Of a DNA stretch of 64,000 nucleotides, positions 12,538 to 25,993 are shown one piece after another. The notes under the pieces are model-generated. The model was given only the letters and a program-made list of their open reading frames with translations, was not told the DNA's origin and made no database searches. This stretch comes from Callorhinchus milii (taxonomy: Eukaryota): positions 27,778,001 to 27,842,000 of the forward strand of contig NW_024704743.1 in NCBI RefSeq assembly GCF_018977255.1, written 5' to 3'. The number at the start of each line of letters is the position of its first letter. Position 1 is the first letter of the stretch. The position numbers and the translations under genes were made by a program.

Positions 12538-15500
12538 GGCTTGAATCTACTGCTCCTGTTTGTGATGATCAGCCTTGCTCCTGGCAATCTGTTTCATTGA
12601 GGTGATGTGATTCTTCAGCCATCCAACCCAGTTCTCTAGTGAATAACTCAGGGACAACTACAGATACATTCTGTGACCTGGACACATTTTCATCACAGCC
12701 CAGCATAGGAACTGATCAGTAATACACAGATGTCCATTCATTCTCGGTTCAGATAGAGGCAGCCCGACTGTTTGCACAGAATTGCAAGATTGTCCATCAA
12801 GTGCGTAACGTTTCCTGTAACACCTTTTCCAGGCTCAGTGTACACTTTACAATATGACCTTATTACCCGTGGAAGAACCGTTGTGAGAATTTTGGTATTT
12901 TATTGGTTTGGTTGATGAATTGGAATTTTTCCACTGGACCACCATAGCTTTTCTTTCACATATGTGAAAACAAACACAGTCCCACTGAGCACGTGAAAAT
13001 AACATTGAGTCTCGGGTCATGCGGCTGTGAAAGAACCACCAATTGTGTGTGATAAACTCTGTGTTGGACTCAAATTGCTCAGCAGGGTTGCAACAGCTGT
13101 TCTGGAGACTGGTTACCAATCTGAAACCGTCATGTTGCTTTCAGTGGCTGAGGAAAGAGCACTTGATGAAATTGAGGAAAGTTCATCTTTAATGAACGGA
13201 GAAACCTGCTGTGAGTGTGGAGTTTATTTAACTAGTTGGGAAATACAATGTAATTTACCTGTCCCTGGAGGGTTCCAGAGTTGCCGGTACTGCCCCACTC
13301 CAGTACTCCTGCATGTTCTGCATGTCTTGTGTGGCGTTAACCTGGTTTGGGATTTCTTTTCTGCTCCCTCAAAAAATCTCATGGGTTGCTGCCAAGCAAT
13401 CAACAACAACAACATGACATATATACCGCCTTTCAAGTCGGAGGGACGTCCCATGGCGCTGGCCTGTTAAGGGTTTGCACCCAAGCTAGGGGTTAGAATC
13501 AAGAGGGGTGGAGGGTAGAGAGATTAAGAATTCATTAATTCTTGAATCACTTCCCATTCCTCCTGCGATTCAGCCTTGGCAAACTCCCAAAGTTCAATAG
13601 CCACATGCTCTTATACAAATGTCGTATTAACAATCTTTTGGATCTTGTCAGTCACTCCCCTACATGTCTCATGTGCTGTTCAGTTCCTCTTGCGGGTCTC
13701 TCTAAGGCCTACTTGCATATTATTTCTCAATAAAGCTGATTCATGAATGTCAGAATCATTACGTCTTCATTGCAACATAATAAACCTCTGTCACAACTCC
13801 CCCCACCACCACACACAGAACTAAAAACAAGAATAATAAGATTATCTCATAAAATTTTGACTAAATATTATTAGTTGTCCAGGGCACAGTTTCCCATGTA
13901 CAGTTTGGATTTCCACTTAAATTTCAACTTTGACAGTCTTTCTTTCCATCAAGAAACTGACGAAAAAGGAGTGTAGGGCCTTCAATCAGTGTGAAGTGAT
14001 GTAAAGCAATGCTCTAGTTGATAACCTCCTGTACATCTGCTGTCTTTTTAATTACTGAATCTGAAACCACATTCTTCAGAACATTCTTATGCAGATTGCA
14101 GAAGACAGTTCAGATCTACTGTCAGAATGACATTTGCAAAGCCTATGTTTCTTTGGAACAACCCCTTACTGTTGATAACATGAGACATTTGCAAATGGGA
14201 TGAGGGAGGTGACAAAACACAGATAATTTATTTTATCTGGCAGACTTTATGTATCCAGATGCTGACCCTAACTCCTACGTAGGTGCATTTCCCAACTAGA
14301 GCATCTTGATCCTAATGTGTACCGAGAGATGGGCAAGCCAGAAATTTTCAGGGTCAAGCTGAGTCCTAGCTGAGCCAAACTCTGACTCCACTCTCCAAGC
14401 TAAAACTTGAGCAAAGCCAAAAAGCAAATCTGTGAGTTACTCTGTCCCCTTTTGTGTAAACTGAGAACTGTGGGATCAGATTTGCTAATGGCTGCCTGCC
14501 TTTTTAACACTTCCGTTCACATGAATAACAGAAAAATTGCACTGCTTTGCCTTAGGACATCAGAGTTCAAATACCCCTCTTTGACTGACATTCACACTTA
14601 GACTTTAGCTGAAAGAAGAGCTTGCAACACAAAGGGAGGATACATGGGCAGCAGAGGGGTCCTCATGCTCAAGCGGGCATTGTGCTAGTTAAACCAAGGT
14701 CTTTGATAGAGACTTTCATCAACTGGCCTCTTGACAGAGATATTCCTAAAGGAGGAGAAGAAATATGCATATAATTTACAAGCTTAGGTGAAACAAACTA
14801 ATAGCAAACTAAGAGTTTTAGCAAATAGACACAATGTTCACCATTCATGGTAGCACATTGGCAAAAGGCTAAATATAGTACAACTCTACTGCCACTAGAT
14901 TTAACAAGTGTGCTTTAATCCTACACCATTCACAATTTATAAAACAGAACAGTTCCTGCGTATTGATTAAAATAGAGTATTTAATAGTATTGACATAGGA
15001 CATTTGATGCTTTGTATTATTTTATTGAGGTAAAGGTCCTTCTTAAGGTTCTCTTAACTATCTGTTTTTGCTATTTTCAACAACAACAACTTGCGCTTAT
15101 ATAGTGCCCTCCTTGGAGGGTAGTGTCTGAGAGTGCTTAACAGTGGCAGAGCCTGATTCTGAGCCGAGTTCTGGCTTGGGCATTTACTCCTGGTTATTAT
15201 AGTTATTATGTTGGTCTACAATAGAACAGCAAAAAATGCAAGAAAAGTTCAGTGCAGGGTTCAGTTTGTCCACCACCTAATTTATTAATTGACTTGCAGT
15301 TTAATAGGAGAAAGATTTCTAGTCTTGATTCTATTCTGAGAGTCCCAATGAAGATGCTGTGCTAAACAGGAAGGTAACTATGGATAGCTGTCAACATTGA
15401 TTGATGGACGGGTGGACGGTCAATTGTTTTGGGTGAGTGGACGTGTAGGTGGATGGATATGTCATGTTATATTCATTAACTCCTTTTCAAATTAAAAAAA

Positions 15501-17581
15501 GATGGATAATACCTCTTGAAGAATGGGAGAAACGTTATAAAGATCAGGATAACAACAACTTACATTTATATAACGTGCTTCACACAGGGTAGCGTCCTAG
15601 AGCACTTACAATCTGTCTGCAATAAGACATGTAGAAAAAGAAAATACTTCAAAACTCAATAGTGCATGTACTGGTGGATTGGATAACTGAGAAATGTAAC
15701 TGGTTCAAGTTGAATAGTGTAGATTGAAAGCTGGATAGATATTTCAAAGTCCACCCAGTTACCTTCAGGGTCATAGTTTTTATGGTATGATTCCTCACCT
15801 TGCACAGGAGGTTCAGTGGCTTCAGTAAAATTGATAATGACTGGCCATTGGTTCATTGGAGAACTCTTTGGAGAACCTAGGCTTGATAGGTCAAATGGTT
15901 TTCTCTTTGTCTGTATTTTTGTGGAGTATCCCCAGAATAGATCTTCAACCCATTGGTTTATATTAGAGTCAGAACTCATGTCTTAAAGATGAAAGAAGAG
16001 TGTGCTGTCACCGAGCACCACAGCTGCCAAAGAGGCCAAACCAAGAGTAAGAGTCCAAAAGCATTGGTCATACATGTATAGATTTGTTTTTGCATTTTAG
16101 GAGAAATAACTGAGCAAGCTGCATAAATAAAAATCCTAATTGATACCATCAGCTCAGTAGCAGATTGTCTTTCAGACAGCCGTTAGACCAGCTTGTTATG
16201 GTTCTACTGGTGACTGAATTTTTCTGTTAAACACTGCCACGTTTCGTCCCCCAAATATACAGTCAATTCACTTTACAGTATATTCTGTGAAGTGCTTTGA
16301 GACGTCTCAAAGATGTGATAAGACGCTATATCAAATGCAAGGATTATTATAACAGATTCCGTTTAGAAGATAAGTGGGAATCAAAATGATAGCCATTCAA
16401 TCAACAAACCATCTGCTAAGTGAAGCATAATCATGATACCTGGCAACCAAATTGGCTCTGTCTTAAATCGAACATCCTTTAATCCATTGTCTATTTGTCA
16501 GCATTTTTTTCTCTCTTTGTGGATCAAACTTCTCTGAGCAGTTTGAGTGTTGTCCCATGGATGATTTAAGATTTGGAAGAATATTTTGCTTGAAGTGTGG
16601 CCATTTCCTGTTAGTAAACTTGTTTTAACACAATGTTGGGGGACGAGTTGAAATGCGGTACACAATTTGATAATTATTCAAATCATCGGTTTGATTATTT
16701 TATCCCAAACCACATCCCCCAAATATTTAACATGAATCATTCATATTTATTCAATCCTGTCCAACAGATACATTTGCTCAATTACTTCATTGCTGTTTGT
16801 GAGACATTGCTGTGTGCAAATTGGCTGCTGCCCTCGCCTACAAAATGCACAGTTACTAAACTTTGCAGTATATTCTGTGAAGTGCTGTGAGAGATATCAA
16901 TAATATTTCAAGGTGTCAGTGTATCAAATGCAAGGATTATTGTTAAATCTTTTCTGTCTCCCTTCCCATAGAAAAGTTCCCAAGTTCCTTAAATTAACTT
17001 TGGTGAAATTGGTGAACAAGGTGGATTAAACGCCAACATTCTCTTCATTGTTCCCAATTTGGAACAAAGTTATTCGGTGGTAAAATCTTGAGCTGCAGAA
17101 TTCTTTTAATTTAAAACAAATCCGAAAAAGAAAAGATTATAAACGTTCCAATAGCTGCACATTCCTGATGCCCGTCTAGTGCAATGAAATTCCTCTTGAT
17201 TATATCAAAGTGTATTAATTGGAGGCTTGTGCATAAAGTTATTTCAGGATCTTCAAAGAAAGTCATCGTGTTTATGGGGGTAAATATTGACTTTAATGAG
17301 ATTCTGCTACAGTATTTGCGTGCGAATGACAGCTCAAAGTAATGTTTCAGCTCATTTTCTGAAGTTTATTGGGGCTTTATGAAACAAAAGATTAACATAG
17401 AGATTGCTCTGAAACACGTAGAGTGTCAGATGCAGTGCGTTACTTTGTGCATGTTGATGTGTATGTTATGAGAGAAGCATTTGCTTCAAGTTCTGCTCAG
17501 TGTTTCAAACTGTGTGCAGCTCCACTGTGGACAACGTGAACAGTAGATTTATTCGCCGTATGGGCAACGCCATTTTTGCTT

Positions 17582-17773
17582 TCTTTCTGCTTGCCTGCTG
17601 ACTTAATTGTGGACAGGCTTCTCAATAAAACTGCCCCAGGGGGGGATACATTATCCACTGTACAAGGTTGCAAAATACTGTTGCAGAAAAGTACTTAAAA
17701 TAATGTACCCCACCTGGGATCATTTTTACTGGGGAAGTCTGTCTGCAATTAAGTCGGCAGGGAAGCAGAAAGA
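17582..17773. repeat. Imperfect inverted repeat, ~73 bp arms and ~45 nt spacer
   Basis: tctttctgcttgcctgctgacttaattgtggacaggcttc pairs with gaagtctgtctgcaattaagtcggcagggaagcagaaaga. Confidence 0.88.
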
Positions 17774-18878
17774 TACCTCCCAAACCGGGCAAATATGGGA
17801 AAAGCCCACATTTTTCAAGTGTTTGGGGATAGAGATGATTCTGGATGCTTATCCTGGACCTGTTTTGGAGTGAATTGCACTGGAATGCTGATATAACCTG
17901 GAGGAAATTTCAGGAGAGGTTTAATTTTGCCTCAATACAACAACTATTTGCATTTATGTAGCACCCTTGGACTTATGCATGAACATAGTTTGCTCCAGTT
18001 CTTGAAAACTGGCAGACCAAGGTGTATCCCAGGAACATTTGAGGGAAAATTTTATAAACGTTATTGAGATGGAGATAATCCGATCGGGAACAAATACACG
18101 AGTGAAGTGGGGTGGGGGAAGGGATGGGAAGTAAAAGGGAAACGTCTCCTGGAAAGGATATGGGCTTTATGAAAAGGTAACAATGAAGGCGGAAGGGAGA
18201 GTAAAAGACTCGACAATCAATGCAATCCATTGTAGGTAGTTGCCGGTAATTACAGTGCTCATCCACAGCCACGTTCTGTCAGACACAGCTTTCGACTGCA
18301 AGGACCCCAGGTGCTCAGAGAGCAGACATGGTTTACTGTTGCTTAGCAATGAGAGCTTCAGTTCTTTTATGAAAGGGGGTGGAGTTGTTTGAAATTCCTG
18401 GCCATGTTTGAGAGTTATCTGCCATGCTACGTTGCTTCTGCCAACCTGAATAATTAATTGTTAAAACTCAAACCTGGTCAGACAGCAGCAGTAGATGGAA
18501 TTACTTGTGTTTAATACAAAAATCACAGACCACAAAATATTTTCGATATCATGTTCCACATGTTTGCCCTGTCACAAACGACATTCAAGTCTTGTGATTC
18601 TGTGCAAAGTTTATGTCTTTGTTGCACATGTTGTTTTCAAAAGGCTCTTTTAACAGCATAAACTGAGAGCTATTCCAGTGGAGCATTTCCTCAATGAAGA
18701 AATGCTACGGGCTGAATATGTATCTAATGATAGTGCCATGAAATCAAATGAGGTAGGCAACAACCTTATTTAATTTAATCACCACTTAATATCTAGTACC
18801 TAATGGTCTATCCTCCCTCCCCCCACTCCCCTCCCATTCTTGGTAACTGGGAGCAGGGATTCTTCCCACTCAAATCCG

Positions 18879-19221
18879 TTAACTCTACAAGCCAAAGCCC
18901 TCGCGAGTAGGGTGGTCCTAGCTAACTTTGCAAGCCAAAGCCCTCATGGGTAGGATGGTCCTAGCTAACTCTGCAAGCCAAAGCCTTCATGAGTAGGTCA
19001 TTTTCAATCCACGACTGTTTGTGGGACATTGCTGTGCGCAATTGGCTGCCGCGTTCGCCCACAAATATACAATCAATTCACTTTACAGTGTGTTCTGTGA
19101 AGTGCTTTGGGACGTCCTCCCGACGTGAAAAGCGCTATATCAAATGCAAGGATTATTATTATTAGGGTGGTCCTAGCTAACTCTGCAAGCCAAAGCCCTC
19201 ACGGGTAGGGTGGTCCTAGCT
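18879..19221 (+). repeat. Four tandem 43-bp units (CTAACTCTGCAAGCCAAAGCCCTCATGGGTAGGGTGGTCCTAG), third unit split by a SINE fragment
   Basis: Unit starts at about 18879, 18922, 18965 and 19177. Confidence 0.92.
18996..19163 (+). mobile_element. Family A SINE 3' fragment inserted in a tandem array
   Basis: Matches the 3' half of short-form copies and is flanked by TAGG on both sides. Confidence 0.9.
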
Positions 19222-20520
19222 GGACGCTCATCAGATAGTGCTTTCAATGGCAAGCTATGTAGTTTTAGCTGGTTAAGCTCTAGCAGTACCCCAACATACA
19301 TTCTGGGATCCAAAGACTTTGCTCTCGCTAACCTTTCCTAATACTCTCCGGAATTACAATTGAATTTCCCATTGAAAAGATGCAAAGTGCACGAGCGTTA
19401 GCAAGCCACATAATGGACCCCACTGGAGTTTCAATCAAAACATTTAATGAAGTGAAACAAGGCACGATATTGGATAGGAATGTGCAAGAACGGAAAAGAC
19501 CACTGCGAAGCATCTGTTAAAAAAAGGCTTCAAAGATATTGGGGTATCATGTGGTACCTGCTGTTCTCAATGCTAGACTTACTCCAGGGATCTACAGGGG
19601 CAGATAAATGGCCCCAGGACTGCCGAAATAAGTCTTCTTTATTGGTCTGTAAAAATTACTGGATGAAACCTGAACTGTATTTTTTATCGAAGCTACCTAG
19701 TTTGAAACTTTCTCAGAATTTACTGAGTTCATGCTTAAGGCTGGTTCTAGCTTTGTTTCATAAACATGAATGATAGTCCAGGTGTGCCAACAAAAATGGA
19801 TATTCTGTGCTTAACCAGCCATTAGAATGCTTACAAGTTTACCTTACGTTGTGTAGTTAATGTGCAACACTTGGTCAGGCCCACAGAAGTCTCACATCCC
19901 TGAGGCCCAGTTTGAATTTCAAACCAATCGGGGGGGAAATATGATTCTCCAGGCCTGAGCTGTGATTTCACTGCCCACGGGACAGATATTTGGCACCTTG
20001 AGTATGAAGATCGAAAATTCCAGTGGTACGTGCATAGGAAATATCGCAGAACCTAATAAGTAGGCTATTGTTCCATGCAATTTTGTTATTTTGGCAAGGT
20101 AAGGCTCCATTGTGTTTTCTAGACGTTTTCTGCCCTTTCCTAACTTGGGTCTCCTTGGGTCACATACTATACTGAATTGCAGTGGGGAGAATCACATGCT
20201 TATAGACCTCTGCTCTGAAACAAAGAGGCGGTGACGACTCTTGCGGTTCCTTGGATTTCCCCCTGTTACACGTCTGAGGTAGGTAACTGGCTGGCTGCTC
20301 TCACCAATCTTGACTTTCTGCATCATGATAGCACCCTGTGTTCTTTGTTGTGAGGTCTAAAACGCAAAGATTTCTGCACAGAATTCTTTTCTAATGACTC
20401 AGTCGCAAATGGCAACCTTGGGTAACCAGAAGTATAGCACATCAATGTCTGAAAACTCCACCCCAGAAGTTCCTGAAGTTAAAGTTTCTACAACAAATGT
20501 GAGGGTTAATGCATAATATA

Positions 20521-20698
20521 CAGTGAACTCCTGATAACTCAACCCTGACTTAACTTGTCACTAACACTTAAGTCATCATGCTGTCAATATCCCGGCTGCA
20601 TTTATTTTTGTATTTAGACGTATGCCTAACTTGCCACTCTGGAAAACTTGTCACTGAGCCTTTTTCCCTTTCAGCGATGTGTTATCAGGAGTTTATAG
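20521..20698. mobile_element. Tigger/pogo-like MITE, decayed
   Basis: TA|CAGTGAACTCCTGATAAC ... GTTATCAGGAGTTT. The right-hand terminus is degenerate. Confidence 0.55.
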
Positions 20699-20979
20699 AT
20701 TGGGTTGGAGCAGAGATCCCAAGGGTTGGGGTGCCAGTTATCCGAATATTTCCCCATTTGCACAATTCTGAGGCCTTATGAAGGAATCCACACGGAAATT
20801 AACGGAATTTAGACCCTTATAATTACCTGATGTGAAGACTTCATTTTAGAAATGTAGTAATAAACATCTGATGATGACTCAAAGGGGAAATGCATTGCGT
20901 GGTACAATACTGAGCCACATAGTTCAGGAATGTCTCAAGTTTGATCCCCTAGTTTTAAAACGTACTTGTGTACTTTTGT

Positions 20980-21753
20980 ACAACCTCCATGGTTGCACAC
21001 TATAACTCACCAAGCCAGTCAGGAACCTAAGTGTCTTGTTCGACCCTCAACTGTCTTTTCTTCCCCACATCCAAACCATGACCCGCTCTGCCTTCCCTCA
21101 CCTCTGTAACATCACCCGACTCCGCCACTACCTCAGGCCGCTGAAACTCTTGTTCATGTCTTCATCACCTCCAGTCTCGACTATGCAAACTCCCTGCTTG
21201 TCGGCCTTCCCAACTCCTCCCTCCACAGGCTATAGATAATCCAGAACCCTGCAGCCCATGTCCTCTCCCGCACCAAACTCCGTGACCCCATCTTCCCCAC
21301 TCTCTCCCGACTCCATTGGCTCCCTATCCTTCAGAGGATCCAGTTCAAGATCCTAGTCCTCACATACAAAGCCCTCCATGGCCTCGCCCCACCTTACCTC
21401 TGCGACCTCCTAACCCCCTACCAACCTGCCCGTTCCCTCCGCTCAGCCGGCTCCGGCCTGCTCCACGTCCCCCGACCCACTCGCCCACCATTGGCGGGAG
21501 AGCCTTCAGCCACTCTGCCCCCAACCTCTGGAATTCTATCCCCCAATCACTCTGCCTCGGCCCCTCCTTAGCCTTCTTCAAGTCCTGCCTCAAGACCCTC
21601 CTCTTCGACCATGCCATAGGCCACCCCCCTTCCCCTACCCTCCATTCTCCCCCAGACCCCAGCTCGGGTCTGAAATGCTGTACACTGTCCAGTGCCTTGG
21701 GACGTCCTCCCGACATGAAAACGTTATACAAATGTAATCTTGTTGTTGTTGTT
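20980..21753 (+). mobile_element. L2-clade LINE 3' fragment, degenerate
   Basis: Homologous to the 8501-9170 copy (SRLDY/LHWLP/KILVLTYKAL-type segments with frameshifts and stops) and ends in the same (GTT)n tail. Confidence 0.88.
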
Positions 21754-22469
21754 GAAACAAGTACTCCAGGGAGTTCAACAAGTTGCTTTAGGCAGAATGT
21801 ACAAAATGTTTACAAGGAGATATATTTAGCAACCTCCCCACACACACGTACATTCCCCTCAAATAATTACTTTCCTATACCTGTACATATGCAAATTTAT
21901 AAGTCACAGTCAAAAAAGGAACAACTTTGCAAGTTAACACAAACACTGGTGGAGGCTTCACTATTACCCAGTTTTTACAGTGTTAACTACCTGATCAGCT
22001 AGTTTTATTCATTAAAAATCATATTGGAGTCAGGGCGGTGAGCAGCTCTCCATGCTGCCTATCATAACCTGCCTTCCATAATGGCTCTCATGAAAATTAA
22101 CCCACACTTCCATCCCAGTGAAAATTGTGTTCATATCTGCATTTGACCTTGTTGTCAATATGCTTGCTTAAGAAACAGTTTGATGGTGTTTGAAGATGCC
22201 AGGATGTAATCCTGAAGGATGAGTTAAAATGTGCCAAAGGCCCATTTCCTTCTTTCTGATCATGCATCATTTTTCTAGAGTTATTGTTGCATTTCGTTGT
22301 TTTGCTTACAAATTTATTTCTCCTCTTCCCATATGCTTCAATTTTTCTTGCCATGGTTTCACCTTCACCTGGCCGTTTTCTTTTATTTTCCAGTCAGAAA
22401 AAACAACAGACTTCTATGGAAAGAGGATCTTTACCAGGAATGAAAGGACCCTACTTATTATACACTAGG

Positions 22470-22760
22470 CTCTGATGAAATATCTTTCAATAGATCATTG
22501 AAGGTCTTCAAAATTATGAGGGATTTTGATCAGAGTCAATAGGGAGAAATTAAATAATTGTTGGCTGAGTCATTGACCAGAGGGCATCAATTTAAGATTA
22601 TTAGCAAATGGGGAGGTTAGGAGATATGGAATGTCACGCTGGAAGCGATGGTTGAAGCAGAAGCTGTATAAGCTTTCTGAACAGAACTAGATAAATATCC
22701 CAAAAGGGGTAAACTCCAGGGGTTTGGAGAAAGATCAGGTAAATGAGGCCGAAAGAATTA
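22470..22760 (+). mobile_element. Old CR1 fragment
   Basis: Decayed RGDLIE/TRGH-region nucleotide similarity (accagagggcatcaatttaag). Confidence 0.55.
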
Positions 22761-22761
22761 A

Positions 22762-23200
22762 AAATAATAATCATCCTTGAATTTACTATAGTACTTTATC
22801 ACGGTATTGAGACAACTCAAAGTGCTTCACCGTATATAAAATGGATTGACTGTACATATTCTGGGTGAAACGCAGTAGCCAGTTGCGCGCTGCAATGTCC
22901 TACAAACAGCCATGGATTGAGTGACTCATTTTTTTGGGGGGGGATTGTTGGCCAGGTCACTGGGAGAAACTCTGTTCTCTTTTCAAATAGTGCTATGGGA
23001 GCTTTAACATCCATATAAACAGGCAGAAGGGACCTCGTTTTAACGACTCACCCGCAGGACGGCATCTCTGACAAGGCAACATACCCCAGCATTGCGTTGG
23101 ATTGTCAGTTTAGATGATGTGAGTCAAGTCCAGATGTGGGGCTTGAACCCACAACCTTTTATTCAGAGGCGAGAGAGCTACCGCTGCCCCAGGCTGACAC
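22762..23200 (-). mobile_element. DeuSINE-like SINE (SacSINE1/AmnSINE1-type), family B
   Basis: The reverse complement has a tRNA-like head followed by gttaaacgaggtcccttctgcctgttt...ggatgttaaagctcccatagcactatttgaaaagag, resembling the Deu domain as I recall it. Confidence 0.75.
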
Positions 23201-24641
23201 TCTTAAATTATTCTTACAAGAGCCGGCACAGACAAGGTGGGCCGAATGGCCTTTTTCTGTGCTGTAAATTTCTATGGTTCTAGGTCAGTGTGTCAGGACT
23301 CAGGAACCAGCACAGATTTTCTGGGATCATCCCAAATTAGTTACAGGATATTTGCTGAATTAGCTGATATCAGACAAGGCAGGGGCTGCAACAGCTGATG
23401 AAAATTCATGTATTTTGTTATCAGCTGAAAACTCAACATGTGTGGTATAAATAGAACATGTCACAACCGTTGGTGACGTACATCAATGTTGCCACACGTT
23501 GAGCTGCCAGATTAACCACTCATGACTATCACTCACGACTTATCTGCTCAGCATTACTTGTGAAGATAATTATTGTACTACGTGACTGACTAAAATCTTA
23601 TCCCCAATTCTAAAACAGTTCAAACGGAAGCAGAGAACAAAAAAGGAAGAGCCTGAGGACATATTCTGGATTTTCTAACTATTAACTGAAATAAGTGCCT
23701 TTTTTAAATAAAACTATATATAAGAATTTTTCTTACCCTTCCAACGCCGCCGCCCCCAAAAAATCTGAATTGGATTTAAAAATAGCTCTTCAGCAAGCGT
23801 GACTTCAGGGAATGATTCAGCAGGTCTCAAGACCAAATAAGGGACCTAAAGTAAATTAAAGCACTTCACTCAACTCCCCCCAGCAAATTTATGCAGTCAG
23901 GGTATGAGCCACACAAAACAAAATGATGGCTTCAGGTTCAATTCCAGGTCTGTGCTGAGTTAGCTGATCTCACCTGGCCACAACCTGAAGGATTAAAGTT
24001 GGTCTTGGTGTTCGAAAGAAGGAGAAAAAATTCACCCGGGGTTCCTGATACTGGTTGCTATCCAGTTGACTCTGCTAGAGCTGGGTGAGGAGAAGATCAT
24101 CTGCACTGCAATATCCCCAACACTTTCTCCCAACCCTATATTCCATTGATGTGATCAGTTGCCTGCTTTACAGCCAAGAGTTCCTACTCCTGGTCACTAC
24201 TCAGTAAGCTCTGGAGGAAATTGTATTCATATAGGTACTGTGTGAGGACAAGATGGGGTTATCAGAGAGTTGATGTCCAACAGTACCCCTGTAAGAGTCA
24301 ATACCAGTGGGTACTGTGAGGTGCTTGTGATATCCAGCATGGAAAGCCTAACCTGATTCTGATTCTCCCTCCATCCATTATTCAATTAAAATCTTTGTTA
24401 AAAAGGCTGGTATTCGGAATGGAAATGACATATTGCTCCAGTGAGAGAGAGGACTCTTGTGAGGTTGAGGTGAAACTACATTGCTGGGGCTTTTCAGAGG
24501 AAGATTGACTACTCGTATAACCTGACCTGGAAATCCTGATAATGAGCATGAATAGGCAACTAAGATACAGAATAAGTAATGTCCAGGTGAATTGCATTTG
24601 TGGGAGAATGGAATAAATGTTTGAATTGGAAAGAACATAAA

Positions 24642-25012
24642 AATAATAATAATAATCTTTGCATTTGATATTGCACCTTATCATGTCTTTGAGACGTCTC
24701 AAAGCGCTTCACAGAATATACTTTAAAGTGAATTGACTGTATATTTTGTGGGTGAAACGTGGCAGCCAATTGTGCACAGCAGAGTCCCACAAACAATCAT
24801 GGATTGAGTGACCAATTTATTATTTTTTTGGAAGGAATTATTACCCCCAAAAAAGTGATCCGCCGATCAACTGACAACTGTGTTCCTACTAACTGCTAGT
24901 TAAAAAGAGATGTATGGAGTAAGGAAACTTGCCCAACGTTTTGCCCTGCCAGGAATCAAACTCACGTCTCTCACTTGCGAGGCCTGTGTTCCAACCACTG
25001 AGCTACAGGACT
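24642..25012 (-). mobile_element. tRNA-derived SINE, family A, long form
   Basis: tRNA-like head (GAGTCCTGTAGCTCAGTGG box A, GTTTGATTCC box B), body and stem-loop plus (ATT)n tail. Confidence 0.9.
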
Positions 25013-25886
25013 CAACATGATGAGTCCATTCAATCCCCCTGCAATGTACGCACTGTTGTTGAAGCAGTAGAATCCATGCCTCTGCTAATGTCACTTAAAT
25101 TGAGCCCTGGCTGACCTGTCTGCTCGCTGCCCCTCCCCACATTCAAGAAATCTTCTTCCTTCAGTTTATTGCCACCCCTTTGCCAGTCTGGTTGCCTGGT
25201 GTGGGTAAATAAATGGAGCAGTAGCCCCATGTTCTGCTCCTCCATGATGTACGTGCTACCAGGTTGCCTTTCAATATTGTTTCATTCTGACCTCCTTGAG
25301 TGAAATATTTGAGCTCATAAAAGTCAGTTAATTTGATCAGGGATTTACTTTCACTGTTGTTGTAGTTTTAACCACATCCACAGAATTCAATCCCTGGCAA
25401 ATATTATTCAGTTGATTTAGTTCTAATTACCTTTAAATGAGAAGCCCTCTGGAAGTGGCTCATATAAATAAAAAGTCAATATAATTTAATCCAGATACAA
25501 TTAAGTAGTTTCTCAGATGTTATGCCTCTTTTTATCCTTAGCTGCATCTTGATTGAAATAGTTTTATAATACACCTGAATATGTGTGTTAAATGTTAATA
25601 ACATTGAAAGGGAGCTAACCCACTGACCATGTGTCCTTATCCAAAGGAGTGAACTCATATCATAGGGTGGAGATTGATATTCAATTTTAAACTTATAACT
25701 GACAATGCTGTGAGAGGGGAGATCTCTGTTTAATTAGTGACCCTGACTCAGGGTCAAATTGCGTTATTCTTAAGTGATCCAGACACTACCGTTGGAAAGG
25801 GCGATATATAAATGCAAGATGTTGTTGACTCTGATCGTATACCAATGATTAGCGTTTAGTTAGTGTTTGTTTGTTGTTCCTTCCAG

Positions 25887-25993
25887 ATTGATGACTGTGC
25901 ACTGCAGCTGTCCCACAATGGCACCTATCTGGATTTGGAGTCCACAGTGGCAGAACAGAAGGATGAAATGGAAGGCTTCTTGGAGGATCCTGG
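25887..25993 (+). CDS. FHOD3: FHOD3 coding exon 2
   Basis: ttccttccag acceptor and GG|gtaagg donor. 107 nt encoding IDDCALQLSHNGTYLDLESTVAEQKDEMEGFLEDPG, continuing exon 1 in frame. Not shown in the ORF track in this frame. Confidence 0.95.

Noticed and set aside
18879..19221. CRISPR-like array or twister ribozyme (UAA...GGUCCUAGC motifs)
   Set aside because: Units abut with no spacers and the context is eukaryotic. I could not build the twister P2/P4 stems or pseudoknots by hand; an Infernal search would be decisive.
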